This document shows positions 46,678 to 58,644 of a stretch of DNA of 64,000 bases, piece by piece (positions within the stretch are counted from its first letter, which is position 1; each line of letters starts with the position of its first letter). Made by a program: the position numbers and the translations under genes. Source of the stretch: Mobula hypostoma (taxonomy: Eukaryota); assembly GCF_963921235.1 (NCBI RefSeq), contig NC_086097.1, positions 62,126,001 through 62,190,000 of the forward strand, written 5' to 3'. The notes beneath the pieces are model-generated. The model had not been told where the DNA came from. It was given only the letters and a program-made list of their open reading frames with translations, and did no database searches.

Positions 46678-48868
46678 TGTCACAACGGGGGCATTGGGAA
46701 TGGACTCAAATGCAAGGCACAGGCACTGAAGTACAAGGAACAATACTTGACTTGAGTAGGGACATGACAGGATACAGACAAAGAGCAGGCACAAGAAAGC
46801 AGACTTGGGCTTGGACCCCGAGCCAGAGACTGGACAAGGACCCAGAACCTGGGACTTGACTCGGGCTCGGACTCCAGAACTAGGCGAGGACAAGACGAGG
46901 CTACAGGACTGGACATGGCTTGGGTGAGGAACTCCTGGGTAGGGCGAGACGCAAGGACAGGTAAAGGCACATGGACAGGACTCGGATAGGACTGGACTAG
47001 GCACGGACTGGACAAGGGCCTTCAGGAGCACGGAGCCTTGGACTAGAAGAGACAGGAGCACGGAACACAGAGCCAGGACTCCTCCTTTGGAACAGGACGT
47101 AGGGCTGGGACTCATACACAGAATGCTGAACAGGAAGAGACAGATCCTATAACAAGGTGGTGGCAAACGGCCGGACCTGCCTAGCGAAGGCTTGGACACA
47201 GACAGGCAATTCCACACAACGAAAGACAGTTCCTTATCTTGACCTAACAAGGCTCCAGTCTTGCTCTAGCGGTAAAATTTCAGCGATACAGGCAGGGTAT
47301 ATGGGAGGGTATGCAGACTGGGTGAGCAGGCAGAGAGTCAGGCGCAGCATCCAGGCAGAGAGTCAGGCAAGGGTGGGGGGGGAAAGACAGGGAGGGGAAC
47401 AGGACAGTCCAGCCGGGAATCCCTGGTTTGCAGAGGTATTTATGTCTCAGCCCCAAAACATGTGCCCACAGCAGAAACTGGGGAAAACCAGAAAACCCAG
47501 AACAAGAAACCATGGACCGGACCGTGAAATTGAACACGGACTCCACGGACCAGACCATGACAGTACCTCCCCCCACCCCCATGGGGTGTCCTGGCGACCC
47601 AAAAACTTTTCCCAGACTATGGGCGACACGGGTCGGTGGGGGGAGGGGCATTGAATAGCAGAGAATCAGGAAGGCAAGAGTAAAACAACAGTGTCTGTGT
47701 CGCTGGGTCCAAGTCTGGCTGGGTTGTTCTGTCACAATAGGGGCATTGGGAATGGACCCAAATGCAAGACACAGACACTGAAGTACAAGGAACAATACTT
47801 GACTTGAGTGGGGATGTGACAGGATACAGACAAAGAGCCAGGGACAAGAACGTAGATTTGGGCTTGGACCCCGAGCCAGAGACTGGACAAGGACCCAGAA
47901 CCTAGGCCTTGCCTTGGGCTCGGGCCCCAGAACCAGGCATGGACATGACATGACTGCAGGACTGGAGGCTGGGGTCTTGAGGTATGAGGATGGAGGCAGG
48001 CTCGGGGCCTTGAGGCTTAAGGCTTGGAGGCAGGCTCGGGGCCTTGAGCCTTGAGGCTTGGAGGCAGGCTCGTGGTCTTGAGGCTTGGGTCTAGGGTACT
48101 TCGAGTCTTGGGTATGAACTCCGAGTCAGAGACTGGGCAAGGACCCAGAACCTGGGACTTGACTCCGGCTTGGACTCCAGAACTAGGTGAGGACAAGACG
48201 AGGCTACAGGACTGGACATGGCTTGGGTGAGGAACTCCTGGGTAGGGCGAGACACAAGGACAGGTAAAGGCACACGGACAGGACTCGGATAGGACTGGAC
48301 TGGGCACGGACTGGACGAAGGCCTTCAGGAGGACAGAGTCTTGAACTAGAAGAGACGGGAGCACGGAACACAGAGCCAGGACCCCTCCTTGGGAACAGGA
48401 CGTAGGGCCAGGACTCATACACAGAACACTGAATGTGAAGAGACAGATCCCAACACTAGGTAGTGGCAAACAGCCGAACCCACCTAGTGAAGGCGAGGAC
48501 ACAGAGAGACAATTCCACATAACAAAAGACAGTTCCTTATTTTGACCTAACAAGGCTCCGGTCTTGCTCCGGCAGTAAACCTTCAGCGATACAGGCAGGG
48601 TATACAGGGGGGTGGGTATCCTGGCTGGGTGAGCAGACAGAGTCAGGCGAGGTATCCAGGTAGAGAGTCAGGCAAGGGGGAAAAAGACAGGGAGGGGAAC
48701 AGGACCGTCCAGCCAGGAATCCCTGGTTTGCAGAGGTATTTATGTGTCAGCCCCAAAATGAGAATCATGTGCCCACAACAGAAACTGGGGAAAACCAGAA
48801 CCCTGGAACAAGGAACCATGGACCGGACCGTGAACCGGAACATGGACTTTACGGACCGGACCATGACA
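46678..48868 (-). mobile_element. Non-autonomous LTR element (two long LTRs, 167-bp internal region), Sushi/chromovirus-like
   Basis: LTRs 46678-47562 and 47730-48868 (tgtca...tgaca); 5-bp TSD GAACT; PPT gggggtggggggaggtac; internal region begins gaacaacccagccagacttggacccagcg. Confidence 0.92.
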
Positions 48869-49640
48869 GAACTAGAAATGGCAAGTGAAAAATTTAATTA
48901 TTTGACAGCCTTAGATGTGAGGTAATATTGATCAAGCATTTACTTTTCTTTTTTATATTCTCTGAAATAGATTTATATTTCACCAAGTCACTACCCGAGA
49001 GCATAACAAACATAATGAGTTGCAGGTGGATCTGCCACAATCCCAATCGCAGCGTTGACTACGGTCAAGTAGGGTTGCATCATCACACCATTCCTCCTCC
49101 CAAGTAACTGAAAGCATAGAAGTTAGAAGTTCTGCAAATCAGAAATTAAAATATTGAAATACAGTAAATGCTCAGCAAGTCAGGTAGCATTTGAAGAAAA
49201 GAAATCGTGCTGATGTTTCATGTCAAACACTTTGTCTGAACTGGGAGTAAATGCAAATTAGTTTCAATTTGCAGAGAAGGTGATGAAAGTATGGAAATCA
49301 CAAAGGGAATGTCACTGTTAGGGTTAAGTCAAGGTTTACATATAATGAGCTATTCAATAGGTACATTTAATGTCAGAGAAATCAATACAATATACATCCT
49401 GAAATTCTTTTTCTTTGCAAACATCCACAAAACCAGAGAAGTGTCACAAAGAATGAATGACAGTTAAATATTAGAACCCCAACGTCCCCCACCCCACAAT
49501 TATTACGTAAAAGCTGTGAAATAATGTTTCAGAGCTATAGCAGGGAATTAAAAGTAAAAAGAGTGTTGACTTTGCCCAACAGATCAGACAGTCCCTGCAG
49601 AAGGAGAAAAACTGAGTTGTGTTGACATGACTGACCTTAC

Positions 49641-50582
49641 TGTCAGCCCTGCTCCTGCAGGCTCCTCCCAGTATCCACCCAGTTAATAGGATTCACCTGT
49701 TGCTCATTCCAGACATATTGCCTGCAGCCTATTTAATCCCAGATCTCATCCACACTCTTTATTCACTCATCAGACTAGTCAGCCTCATCCTACCTGCCTG
49801 TTGTGTTTAGTATCTGTTCTCTTTTGGTTTGTGGCAGCTCGTGGCTTGATATTTTGCTGTCTAATATTAAAGTCATCTGTTACTGCTGAATAATCCCTGT
49901 TCTGCTTCTGGGTCAAGCCTCCTCTACACTTCCTAAAAGGATGGATGAATCCTCAATTAACTCATTCACAAAGGAAGTCATCAGCTGACACAAGTACACA
50001 ATCCAGAAACAGCAGGAAATCACCGACGATCTGCTCACCACTCTTCTAATTCACTGCCTCAGTTCAGCAACTCCATGCCAGTCAACTTCCTCCCTCTGAG
50101 CTCTTGATTCTCATGCCTGAATGCTTGGGTGGATCTTCAACATGAGGCTGCAACTCCCTGTCCCAGTGCATTTTATACTTCAAGCTCCAGCCATCTTTGT
50201 ATTCGATCAACCAGGCCATGATCTCCTTCCCAATCTTTCTCTTGACTGGGTGAGTTTTGACCTGGGACACCATTAACTGGTACCATAAACACCCACTTTC
50301 TAACAAATAAGTGGATTTCACCATTGAGATGCGTTGGGTTTTCAGACCACCCTGGAAGTGGAAGGGAGGCAGCTGGTCTGATAGTTTGTCTGTGTCAAGG
50401 CCCATGCTCCATGCTGGATTACACCATGGAATCCAGGACCCTCAAGATGGAGTTCAGCTGGAATGTGAAAGTGCTGCTGGTCCATTACCATCACGTGGCT
50501 TGTCATTTCGCTGTCTAATATTAAAGTAATCCGTTACTGCTGAATCATTTCCACTGTTCTGCTCTTGGGCCATTTTCTGACA
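49641..50582 (+). mobile_element. Old Sushi-like LTR relic: 5' LTR, partial gag, terminal part of the 3' LTR
   Basis: 49848-49917 is repeated at 50493-50570; decayed gag LSQCILYFKLQPS and DHPGSGREAAGLIVCLCQGPCSMLDYTMESRTL...WN resembles Retrotrans_gag of the PEG10/Sushi type; starts tgtca and ends tgaca. Confidence 0.75.
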
Positions 50583-50779
50583 CATATAGTGGAAACGGAT
50601 TTTTTAAAAATATACACACACCTGGTATTTCCCACTTTTAATTTCTTTATTTAGTTTCTAACGGCCTGTGTAAGGATATTGTTGCCTCCATTTGAATAGG
50701 GCCAGCAACTCCAAGAAGAAAAGTGATTCAGTTAATTTACTAAATTTTGATTTCTTTTAAAAACTATTTGTTAGAGCTT

Positions 50780-51749
50780 TTCTAGGGTTGGAATCTTGTC
50801 CAGTTCTATTTTCTCTGGCTGTTGTGGGATGCGATGAATTGCTGAGTCTTGGACGATGCGGCTGGCGATGAAGAGAGTCTGGAAATGTTCCGACCAGCGG
50901 TTCAGGATGGACGTCTTGTCTGTGAAGAGCGCCTGACCCTCTGCACTGTGCAAGTGACTCTGGACCTGGTGCAAAGGGCTGTACACCGCTCTCAGGGCTT
51001 CATAGAACTCTCTGTAGTCACTGGTGTCTGCGCAAAGCTGAGTTCTCTTTGCGAGGTTGGTCCACCACACGTTCTGAATCTCCTGAAATTTGCACTGGAG
51101 GTTGCTGCATACAAGGCAGAAAGCTGCTTTCTTTTCAGGACACAACGGCTGAGGAAGGTGCGCCTGGTGGGCAGATCTCTTCTTTGCCAGCAATTCTTGG
51201 ATGTCCTGGTTGTTTTCATCAAACCAGTCCTTGTTCTTCTTTGTGGAAAACCCTAGGACTTCTTCAGAGGTATGCTGTTGAATCGAGGCCATGCAGTTGC
51301 AGATGCAGCTGTGCTGGGCAGGGCACGTCTCCAGGATGGAGGATCATCACCTGCCCAAGACTGTGCTGTATGGCGAACTCTTCACTGGCCACCGTGAAAG
51401 AGTGGCACCAAGGAAGAGGTAGAAGGACTCTCTGAAGAAATCCCTTAGTGCCTATCATATTGACCATCGCCAGTGGTCTAATCTAGCCTCCGATCGCGAG
51501 GCCTGGCAACACATCATTCACCAGTCTGTCTCCTCCTTCGAGAACGCACATAGGGCTGGCATTGAGGACAAAAGGAGAAGGAGGAAGAACCGTGACACAG
51601 CAGCACCAAACCCAGAACAGAATTTCCCTTGCACCTGCTGTGGCTGGACCTGCCTGTCCTGTAGTGGCCTCGTCAGCCACCAGCGAGACTGCAGAAGACA
51701 TGGGCAGCCCCCTTCTTAAATCTTCATTCATGAAGCCAAGCCATGATGA
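50780..51749. mobile_element. RTE LINE insertion with inverted 5' segment
   Basis: 50780-51285 minus (KNKDWFDENN...ILNRWSEHFQTLF); 51285-51749 plus (WAGHVSRMEDHHLPKTVLYGEL, C2H2 finger, gatgat tail); TSD tgttag(a/t)gctt at 50769-50779 and 51750-51760. Confidence 0.88.
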
Positions 51750-52055
51750 TGTTAGTGCTTCAATTAAATTTATTTTAATTGTTGTAAACATTTTGTTTTT
51801 GTTTCTATTTAGACATATCTAATTCAGTTTTAATCATCTGACTGTTGGACTTATCTTAAAAATCAATTCAAATGTCTTAGGTAGTGGCAAGCTGTCAAAG
51901 GAAATCAACAGTCTGGAGGGAGGTCTAATCTGTCTTGGAACAAAAGGTTCAAGGATGATCACGCCCATGCATCGGAATGATCACTGCAGATGTAAGGCAT
52001 AAAAGTGTGGCTGGAGATGTTGCTGATCATATCTGAGGGTTGACAAATTGGGTTT

Positions 52056-52930
52056 TGTAGCCTGGGGAAAAGTACACACTCAGGATAACAAAGACTTTTT
52101 TGGGTTTTAATTCCTTTATTGGTTTTCGATGTTTAAGTGCCAGAAGAGGGTCGCGAAACAAAACGAATGAATTTACAACCAGTTCTTGCCATTACAATCT
52201 CAGTTTAACTTTCACTCCACACCCCTTGTGTATGGACAGAATTGTGTATGCAGTATAAAAAATACCAGAACTAATACGGTACTAATACGGTGGTGGCAAT
52301 TCTGAAGGAACACAATACAAACAACATTAGAATCCCATTCACCCTGCATCTTATACATAACAGCGAAAAATGTAAGCGAATACATCTCATCTAAGACATA
52401 CACACGTGCTGAACTTCCGAACAGAGACTAAACATTCATGTTACGCAGTTACATGCACAATCAGTCCTGATACAATAAAGTTAGACAAATGGTACACTTT
52501 GGCACAACTTTTACAAGGTATTTCCTGGTAGTTAAATTATAGGAAGACTGACCTACTTGGATGGTAAGTAACTTGGTATAAGTCACGCTACCTACCATCG
52601 ATTTCTTCACTCGTGGAAATCTAAAGCATCCACACGTAAAACATGTCAAATTACTGATATTCTCGATCCGCCAACAAGCAAAAACGAATTCACATGGATA
52701 TTGTCAATTAATGCTCACCTTTCCTCACCATGCCCAGCACACTCTGGGAGGACCCAATTCCAATGCCCTACCACGTCTTCAGCAGGAAACAAAATGGTCT
52801 CCCCACTATCCTGTGCGTGCATACTGACATCACCATCTCCCTTAAAGGCACAGACAACTATTCTAGCATTACCCAGATGCTAGTGCACATTTAACGATAC
52901 TGAATTAGATCTGATGGTCACCCGGTTACA
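52056..52930 (-). mobile_element. Candidate solo LTR (~875 bp)
   Basis: Termini tgtagcctggg ... cccggttaca (imperfect inverted repeat, TG...CA); minus-strand AATAAA ~60 nt from the left end; tgggt near both flanks. Confidence 0.55.
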
Positions 52931-53284
52931 TGGGTAAGAAAACTGGAGGTGGTACCAAAAGCTGAAATAGAATAAACCATCCTAGAATCATCACTTCTTA
53001 GAACAAATTTATGGATATACATGGAGGAAATAAACACACCTGAAATTTTGAATTTGACATTGAGTCCTGAAGGCTGTAACATTCCCAGAAAAGGAGCAGT
53101 TCCTTAAGATTACATTGAGTCTTAATGGAGGTCAGGGACTTAAAGTTTAGAGTGGGAGTGGGCTGGACAGTTAGTATGACACACAACTGGAAGTTTAGGG
53201 ACAAAAGAGACTACCTAATATGCAGGAAAAATAAATTGCTGGAGGAACTCAGTGGATCAGGCCTATAGAGGCAAAGGGATGGAT

Positions 53285-54310
53285 CATTTCAGAAACTTGA
53301 TTGTGACATGGGAAGGAAATCTTGTCACTGATTGTCTGTGTGGCGAACTTTGTGTGTTGCGGTTTGGAATTTTGCCCACATCGGCTCATAAATAGGATCG
53401 AAGTCTATGTGTTTGTTCACAAAGTTGTTCATGGAAAACCACACTTCCAGGAATTCTCTTGTATGCCACATGATTGCTTGCACCATGAAGTTCACTGATG
53501 CCCAGTCAACTTTGTACCTCTCTCGATTTTCATGGGTAGAGACTTGGGACAGTTGGTCGTGTCGCTCTACAGCCAATTAATGTTCATGGATCCTTCTGGA
53601 TAGTTTTCTCCCTGTTTTGCTAACTTGATATTTCCTGCAGTCCCTGCATTGGATTTTGTAGATTACATTGGTCTTGGTTCATTCTTTTGGTCTGCAAAGT
53701 ACTGTCCTGAATATTGCTGATGGCTTGTGTGTGACTGAAGTTCTATGTTCTTGGAGTAGTCAGGCTGTTATTTCTGAGATGTTTCGAATGTATGGAATAA
53801 TACGTCAGCCAGACTGGGAGAAAACTATCCACAAAGATCCATGAACATCAACTGGCTGTGAAGCCACATGACCATTTCTCCCTAGTCTCCACCCATGATG
53901 ATTGAGAGGGGCATCAGTGAAAGTGATGGCACAAGCAAACACACGGCATACAAGAGAATTCCTAGAAGTGTGGTTTCTCGTGAACAATTCTGTGAACAGA
54001 CATGTAGACCTCAATCCTATTTATGAGCCAATGAGGGCAGAATTCCAGGCCACAATGCACAAAGTTTACCACACAGCCAATCAGGAATGAGATTTCCATC
54101 CCACATCACAAATGAGTTCCCAAAATGACGTTCTATCAGCTGATTGAAAAGTATGCAAAGGCCCAGATTTCAGAGGACACAACACAATCACCAGAGCACT
54201 GACGACATCTTCTTGAATGGTGACGAAATGTTTGCAAGTAAACTGCCAGGATCAGAGAACAACTCAAGCCAACCATAACCATCTGAGCTACACATTCTCT
54301 GAATTATTTC
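53285..54310. mobile_element. Penelope-like element (Poseidon type) as an inverted pair of GIY-YIG segments
   Basis: 53325-53804 minus and 53805-54090 plus both encode REFLEVWF..N.VN.H.D..PIYEPM; the pLTR with hammerhead follows on +. Confidence 0.85.
54196..54235 (+). ncRNA. Degenerate minimal hammerhead ribozyme motif
   Basis: gca-CTGACGA-catcttcttgaatggtgac-GAAA-t-GTT-tgc. Confidence 0.55.
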
Positions 54311-54507
54311 CATTATTTTCATAAATTAATGTGTTATAGGTATTTTCCAAGTGCCTAGTTCACAGCTATTCCTCATTAATTCTAACATTGTTTCCACTAC
54401 TAAATTCAATTACGTAATTGCTACAAAATGCAGACAAACTTTGCTGAAAGTAAATCTGAGACAGTAAGGCATTGCTGCAGCTCAGTTTTGATTTAACACA
54501 CTTTAAA

Positions 54508-54810
54508 GGTGACAGAGTGGCGTAGTGTGTAGTGCTGCGGCTTCGTTGCTCCAGAGACCCGAGTTTAATCCTGATCTCCAATGCTGTCTGTGTGGAGTTT
54601 ACATGTTCTGACCACTTAAGTTTCTTCCCACATGCCAAAGACATGCCATTTGGTAGATTACTAGTCATTGTAAATCACCGCAGGAGAGTAATAGAATCTG
54701 GGGAAGTAATGGGAATGTGGGGAGAAGTTTAAAAGTGCTATCAGTGTAGATCAGTCTTGATGATCAGCATAGATCCCATGGGCCAAAAGGCACATTTCCA
54801 AATTTATAGC
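54508..54810 (+). mobile_element. tRNA-derived V-SINE (HE1-like)
   Basis: A box gtggcgtagtg, B-box-like gagtttaatcc, V-domain tctgtgtggagtttacatgttct...ttcttcccacatgccaaagac, CR1-like tail atgggccaaaagg. Confidence 0.75.
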
Positions 54811-55689
54811 ACTAGAACAATTTCTACTCACCAGCTGAGTATTTACTTGGATCTCTTGATGACAAAGGGTGAATTGTAGCTCTCATGGAAAAAACTCACA
54901 GAATTGGGACTAAGAAATAAATCCCCCTCAGTGGAGCAAGTAACAATTTCAGATGACCCATAAATGGCATCTTTACCAACACTGATTTGTACTCAGTGAG
55001 AATGTGCACTCTTTTGTATTTGGTCGTATTAGTGATTTGTCGTTTTGTCCCTCACAACTTAAGTGTTTGATTAACTTGATTAAAACACACGATTTTCTCT
55101 CGTTCATTGTAATACTAATCGTGTACCTATGACAGGAGAAGAAATTATTCAGCAAAATACTGGATTAGAACAAGGATAGTTACAACCACATTTTATATTA
55201 GACCATTAAACTGTTCTTGTGCTGATACAAACTGTCAATTCAAATGCAATATTCTAAAGTGCAAGCATTAACTTGTTATGCTTCTGGCTGCAGACACACT
55301 TCTAACTTTTTCTCTAGCTCTTTTTCTTTTCCCCTCTCTTTTTCTCAATCATTCTTCAAACTGGACTTAGAATGGAACATGCTTAACTCCAATCATCTGT
55401 GCAGATGGAGCTTCCTAAATGCTTTAAGTGTCACCTTAAGCAAAATTCCTAAACTGATTCAAACACTGGTTTGTGTGAAGCCACTCCATAGACCACCCAG
55501 TAATTTCCAGCTCATGCTAATCAAAATTATTGATAAACAAACTTATGACTTTTATGATTAAATATAACTCCATTGTCCCAATCAATCAAACAACAATAAT
55601 TTCTAAGTAGATCTGACAGTTAATCACAATTAGTGCATTCCCAATTTCTTCAGTGAAACGTGTTGTATAGCAAATGAAAAGAGAAAAAA

Positions 55690-55930
55690 AACCTACAGAT
55701 GCTGGACGTTGGAGATCTGCAGATGCTCAAAATTTGAAATCTAAACAAAAAGAAAATGCTGGAAATCTTCAGCAGTTCAGACCGCATTTGTGAAAAAAGA
55801 AAAATTTGAGTTAACATTTCAGATCCAAGCCATTCATCAGAACTAGCTACAAGACAAAAACAGTTTTCTACAGCAGAAATGGTAGAAAGAGAGATGAGTA
55901 CAACTAAGGGAGTCTCTGACAGGATAAAAC
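55690..55930 (-). mobile_element. Old Penelope-derived tail fragment
   Basis: ctgcagatgct...aaaatgctggaaatcttcagcag...ttcatcagaact pattern shared with the younger tails; similar remnants at about 13100-13215, 49130-49245 and 57640-57740. Confidence 0.55.
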
Positions 55931-57317
55931 AAAATAGTTTAACAGCAGCAGGTAATTGTTTACCAAGTAGTGCAGAGGAAAGCGTTTGTATTCTTCTTCG
56001 AAAACTTGGTTGTATTGAAGTCAGTTCGGTCGGAAAAAGTGAAACGGATTTACATTTTTTAGTTGTTGAGTAGAGCAATGAATTAGGATAGAAGTTAGTT
56101 TCATTCTTTGCCCTTTCATCATTGGTCTAATTTAGATTAGGTCCTAGGCCAGAAATACATGAATATTCAAAATCATCATCCTTGTTTTCAAATCCCTCCA
56201 TAACCCCACTTCTCTTTTTATCTCTCCACTCCCCCACCCAATCAACAGCCTGCTTGAAATAGTTGCTTTCCTCCAACTCTAACCTTTGATACAGTCACAA
56301 TTTCCTAAGACAAGAACTTCCTAGGGCAGACAGCAAGTACTTATTCCAATACTAAGGTGAAGCGGCGTGACCAGGGCAAAAAATCTTTAAATTTGCTTCT
56401 TACCTGACGGTGTTGTACCAAGTTCCAACAAATAATGCAGGAATCACTACCTTTACTATGATTTTGAGGAGAAAATATGCATCAGTGTGATGGAAAATTA
56501 GAATCTCCATTAAGGTGTTTTTTTTTCTATGAATTTAACTGGAAACCATGGCTATTGCTGTTTATATTAAAAATAAATCTTCTAACAGAGGAAGGTGTCT
56601 GTACGTTCACCAGTCACAATGATACAGTTTCAAAGAGACCATGGCAAACTTTTTCCTCAAAAATTGTTTCAGTCTCCCACAAGCTACTATCATAAAATCC
56701 AACAAAGATGAAAATGTCTGATGCAGCACTGAAAGGAATCAGCATGACCCTTAAACAGAACAATGACGATTGTGCTTAATGGTGGAATATTGGTACATTA
56801 ATCACAAAAGTACTGAAAATTGGATATTTTTTTGTAGATCTCACTTGTGCAGTTTGTTTTTCTGATAAAAATAGATTACCAATGCATGATTCACAGAGTG
56901 GTTATGTTTATAGAAATACTTCCCTATCAGTGGTATCAATCTCATTTTGTGGAATGCATAGTTAGTGAGACTGATGACAAAATACAGATGCAGAAAATGA
57001 ATAAAATGGCACGAATTAAATAAGTTGAATGAAAAGTCATGAAACTGTAGAGTGATAGCGAATAGAAACAGGCCATATAGTCCACTGAGTCCATTAAGCA
57101 ACCATAATATTGTTCTAAAGATTTAATTTATTCTTAGCATGTGGACAACTGTCAGGTTAACATTCATTATCTGTACATGGTTGCCATGAACACCTCTCTG
57201 AGGTGCTGCCATGTGACAGTTTCATGTGACTCATTGGCTTGTTGGGCCACTTCAGGAAGAAGACAGGAGTCAAACTTTGCTCATAATCAGTCTTCTTTCT
57301 TTGCCCATCAATCTGTT

Positions 57318-57423
57318 TTTTACAAACTGATTCAGAAAGATCACAAACAATCCACTGGAACCTATATCTGCTTTTACAAACTGATTCAGAAAGATCACAA
57401 ACAATCCACTGGAACCTATATCT
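57318..57423. repeat. Perfect tandem duplication, period 54 bp
   Basis: ttttacaaactgattcagaaagatcacaaacaatccactggaacctatatct occurs at 57318 and 57372. Confidence 0.95.
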
Positions 57424-57744
57424 TGCAATATCTGCTACCAATACTGCCCCTGAGAATAAACTGTCCTCTGAAACATCCCGAAGTACAAAAAAGCTATATT
57501 CAGATGATGATGATGCAAAATTAAGTATTGTATGATTGGCAGATTGGTTACTTTTAAAGTAGTGATTCTCCTTTTTTGTGAACTGCATAGAAACATCAAA
57601 GATTTTTTCATTGGCTCTAATCTCAGATTACAAATTCAAAATACTCAGATACCAGAAACTTCAGACAAAAAAAAACATGCTGGGAATACTCAGGCAGTGT
57701 TCATGGAGAGAACTCATATATCGACAGGTCAATCTACTGCCTTT

Positions 57745-58172
57745 TAATTGCTCTGCTACTGGAGAGAGGAGACTGTCTTTTGATCGCTGGTGAGATTGCT
57801 GTGCTACGGAGAAGGGAGACTGCCTTTCAGTCGCTAGTGGGATTACTCACTGCTGGAGAGGGAAAGACCTGTTGCTGTGCCTGGAGAATGCTCCCTAGGT
57901 TTTCTGTGTTTTTGATGTGGACTTGGACTATAGCCTTTATTTAGTCTTATAGTTTTTTAATACTCTGTATTTTTCACCCAGTTTTCCTCGTTTTTTGTGT
58001 GTGCGGGTGGGGGATTTGGGGTCCATATGCCTGTTCTGTTATTGTTTGTGTTTGTGTTTTGCAGGGAGGCAGGATTTAGGGGTTGCTGCCATTTTTTTCT
58101 TTCTTAGTTTCTTGGCTATCTGGAGAGGAAGAATTTCAGAGTTGTATACTTTGATAACAAATTAACCTTTGA
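57745..58172 (+). mobile_element. Non-coding retroelement-like repeat sharing its 3' end with 3328-4290
   Basis: Three imperfect ~48-bp units (attgct.tgctac.ggaga..ggagactg) and the terminus gaagaatttcagagttgtatactttgataacaaattaacctttgaa. Confidence 0.5.
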
Positions 58173-58644
58173 AACTTTCAGTAGTTGATTTTTATTTTTT
58201 CAGTCATTAGTTTTCAAACTTATTGTTTTCATAATGTTGCAATAACTTTTATATTTCCTAAAGATTTTCTTTTAGCCCTCCAATAACATGTTTATCAGTA
58301 GTACCTTTTCATTAATTAAGCAGCAATGAACAGTATTTGTCAATAAATCCATCTGCCAGTCTGTAGGAAGTGACTGTCACCAAAAATAAACACATTTTTT
58401 TAGATGTAGCAATAACTTTTGTTTTCTGCATTTTTGTCTTACTTTGTTGTCATATTCAGTCTATATTGTTTCAACACTTTAACAATTTCATTCATATTTT
58501 GTTTGTGTAACTTCTTTAAATTTTTTTGGAGTTTTTGATGGTTTAATATTTATTTTGCATTTCTCCTCCTTGTTTCTGCTGTTTAAATATGAATCAGAGA
58601 ATAATCAATAACTAAATTGATGAAGCCATTAACCTCTCTCTTTT

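Noticed and set aside
46534..48553. Cys/Pro/Ser-rich ORFs of 178-238 aa, possibly env or accessory genes
   Set aside because: They lie within the two LTR copies, are low-complexity, and do not keep one frame between copies.
56405..56456. Possible 52-nt minus-strand exon (KVVIPALFVGTWYNTV) with CAG/GTAAGA donor
   Set aside because: The splice-like signals are plausible but expected by chance in 64 kb; no recognisable homology.
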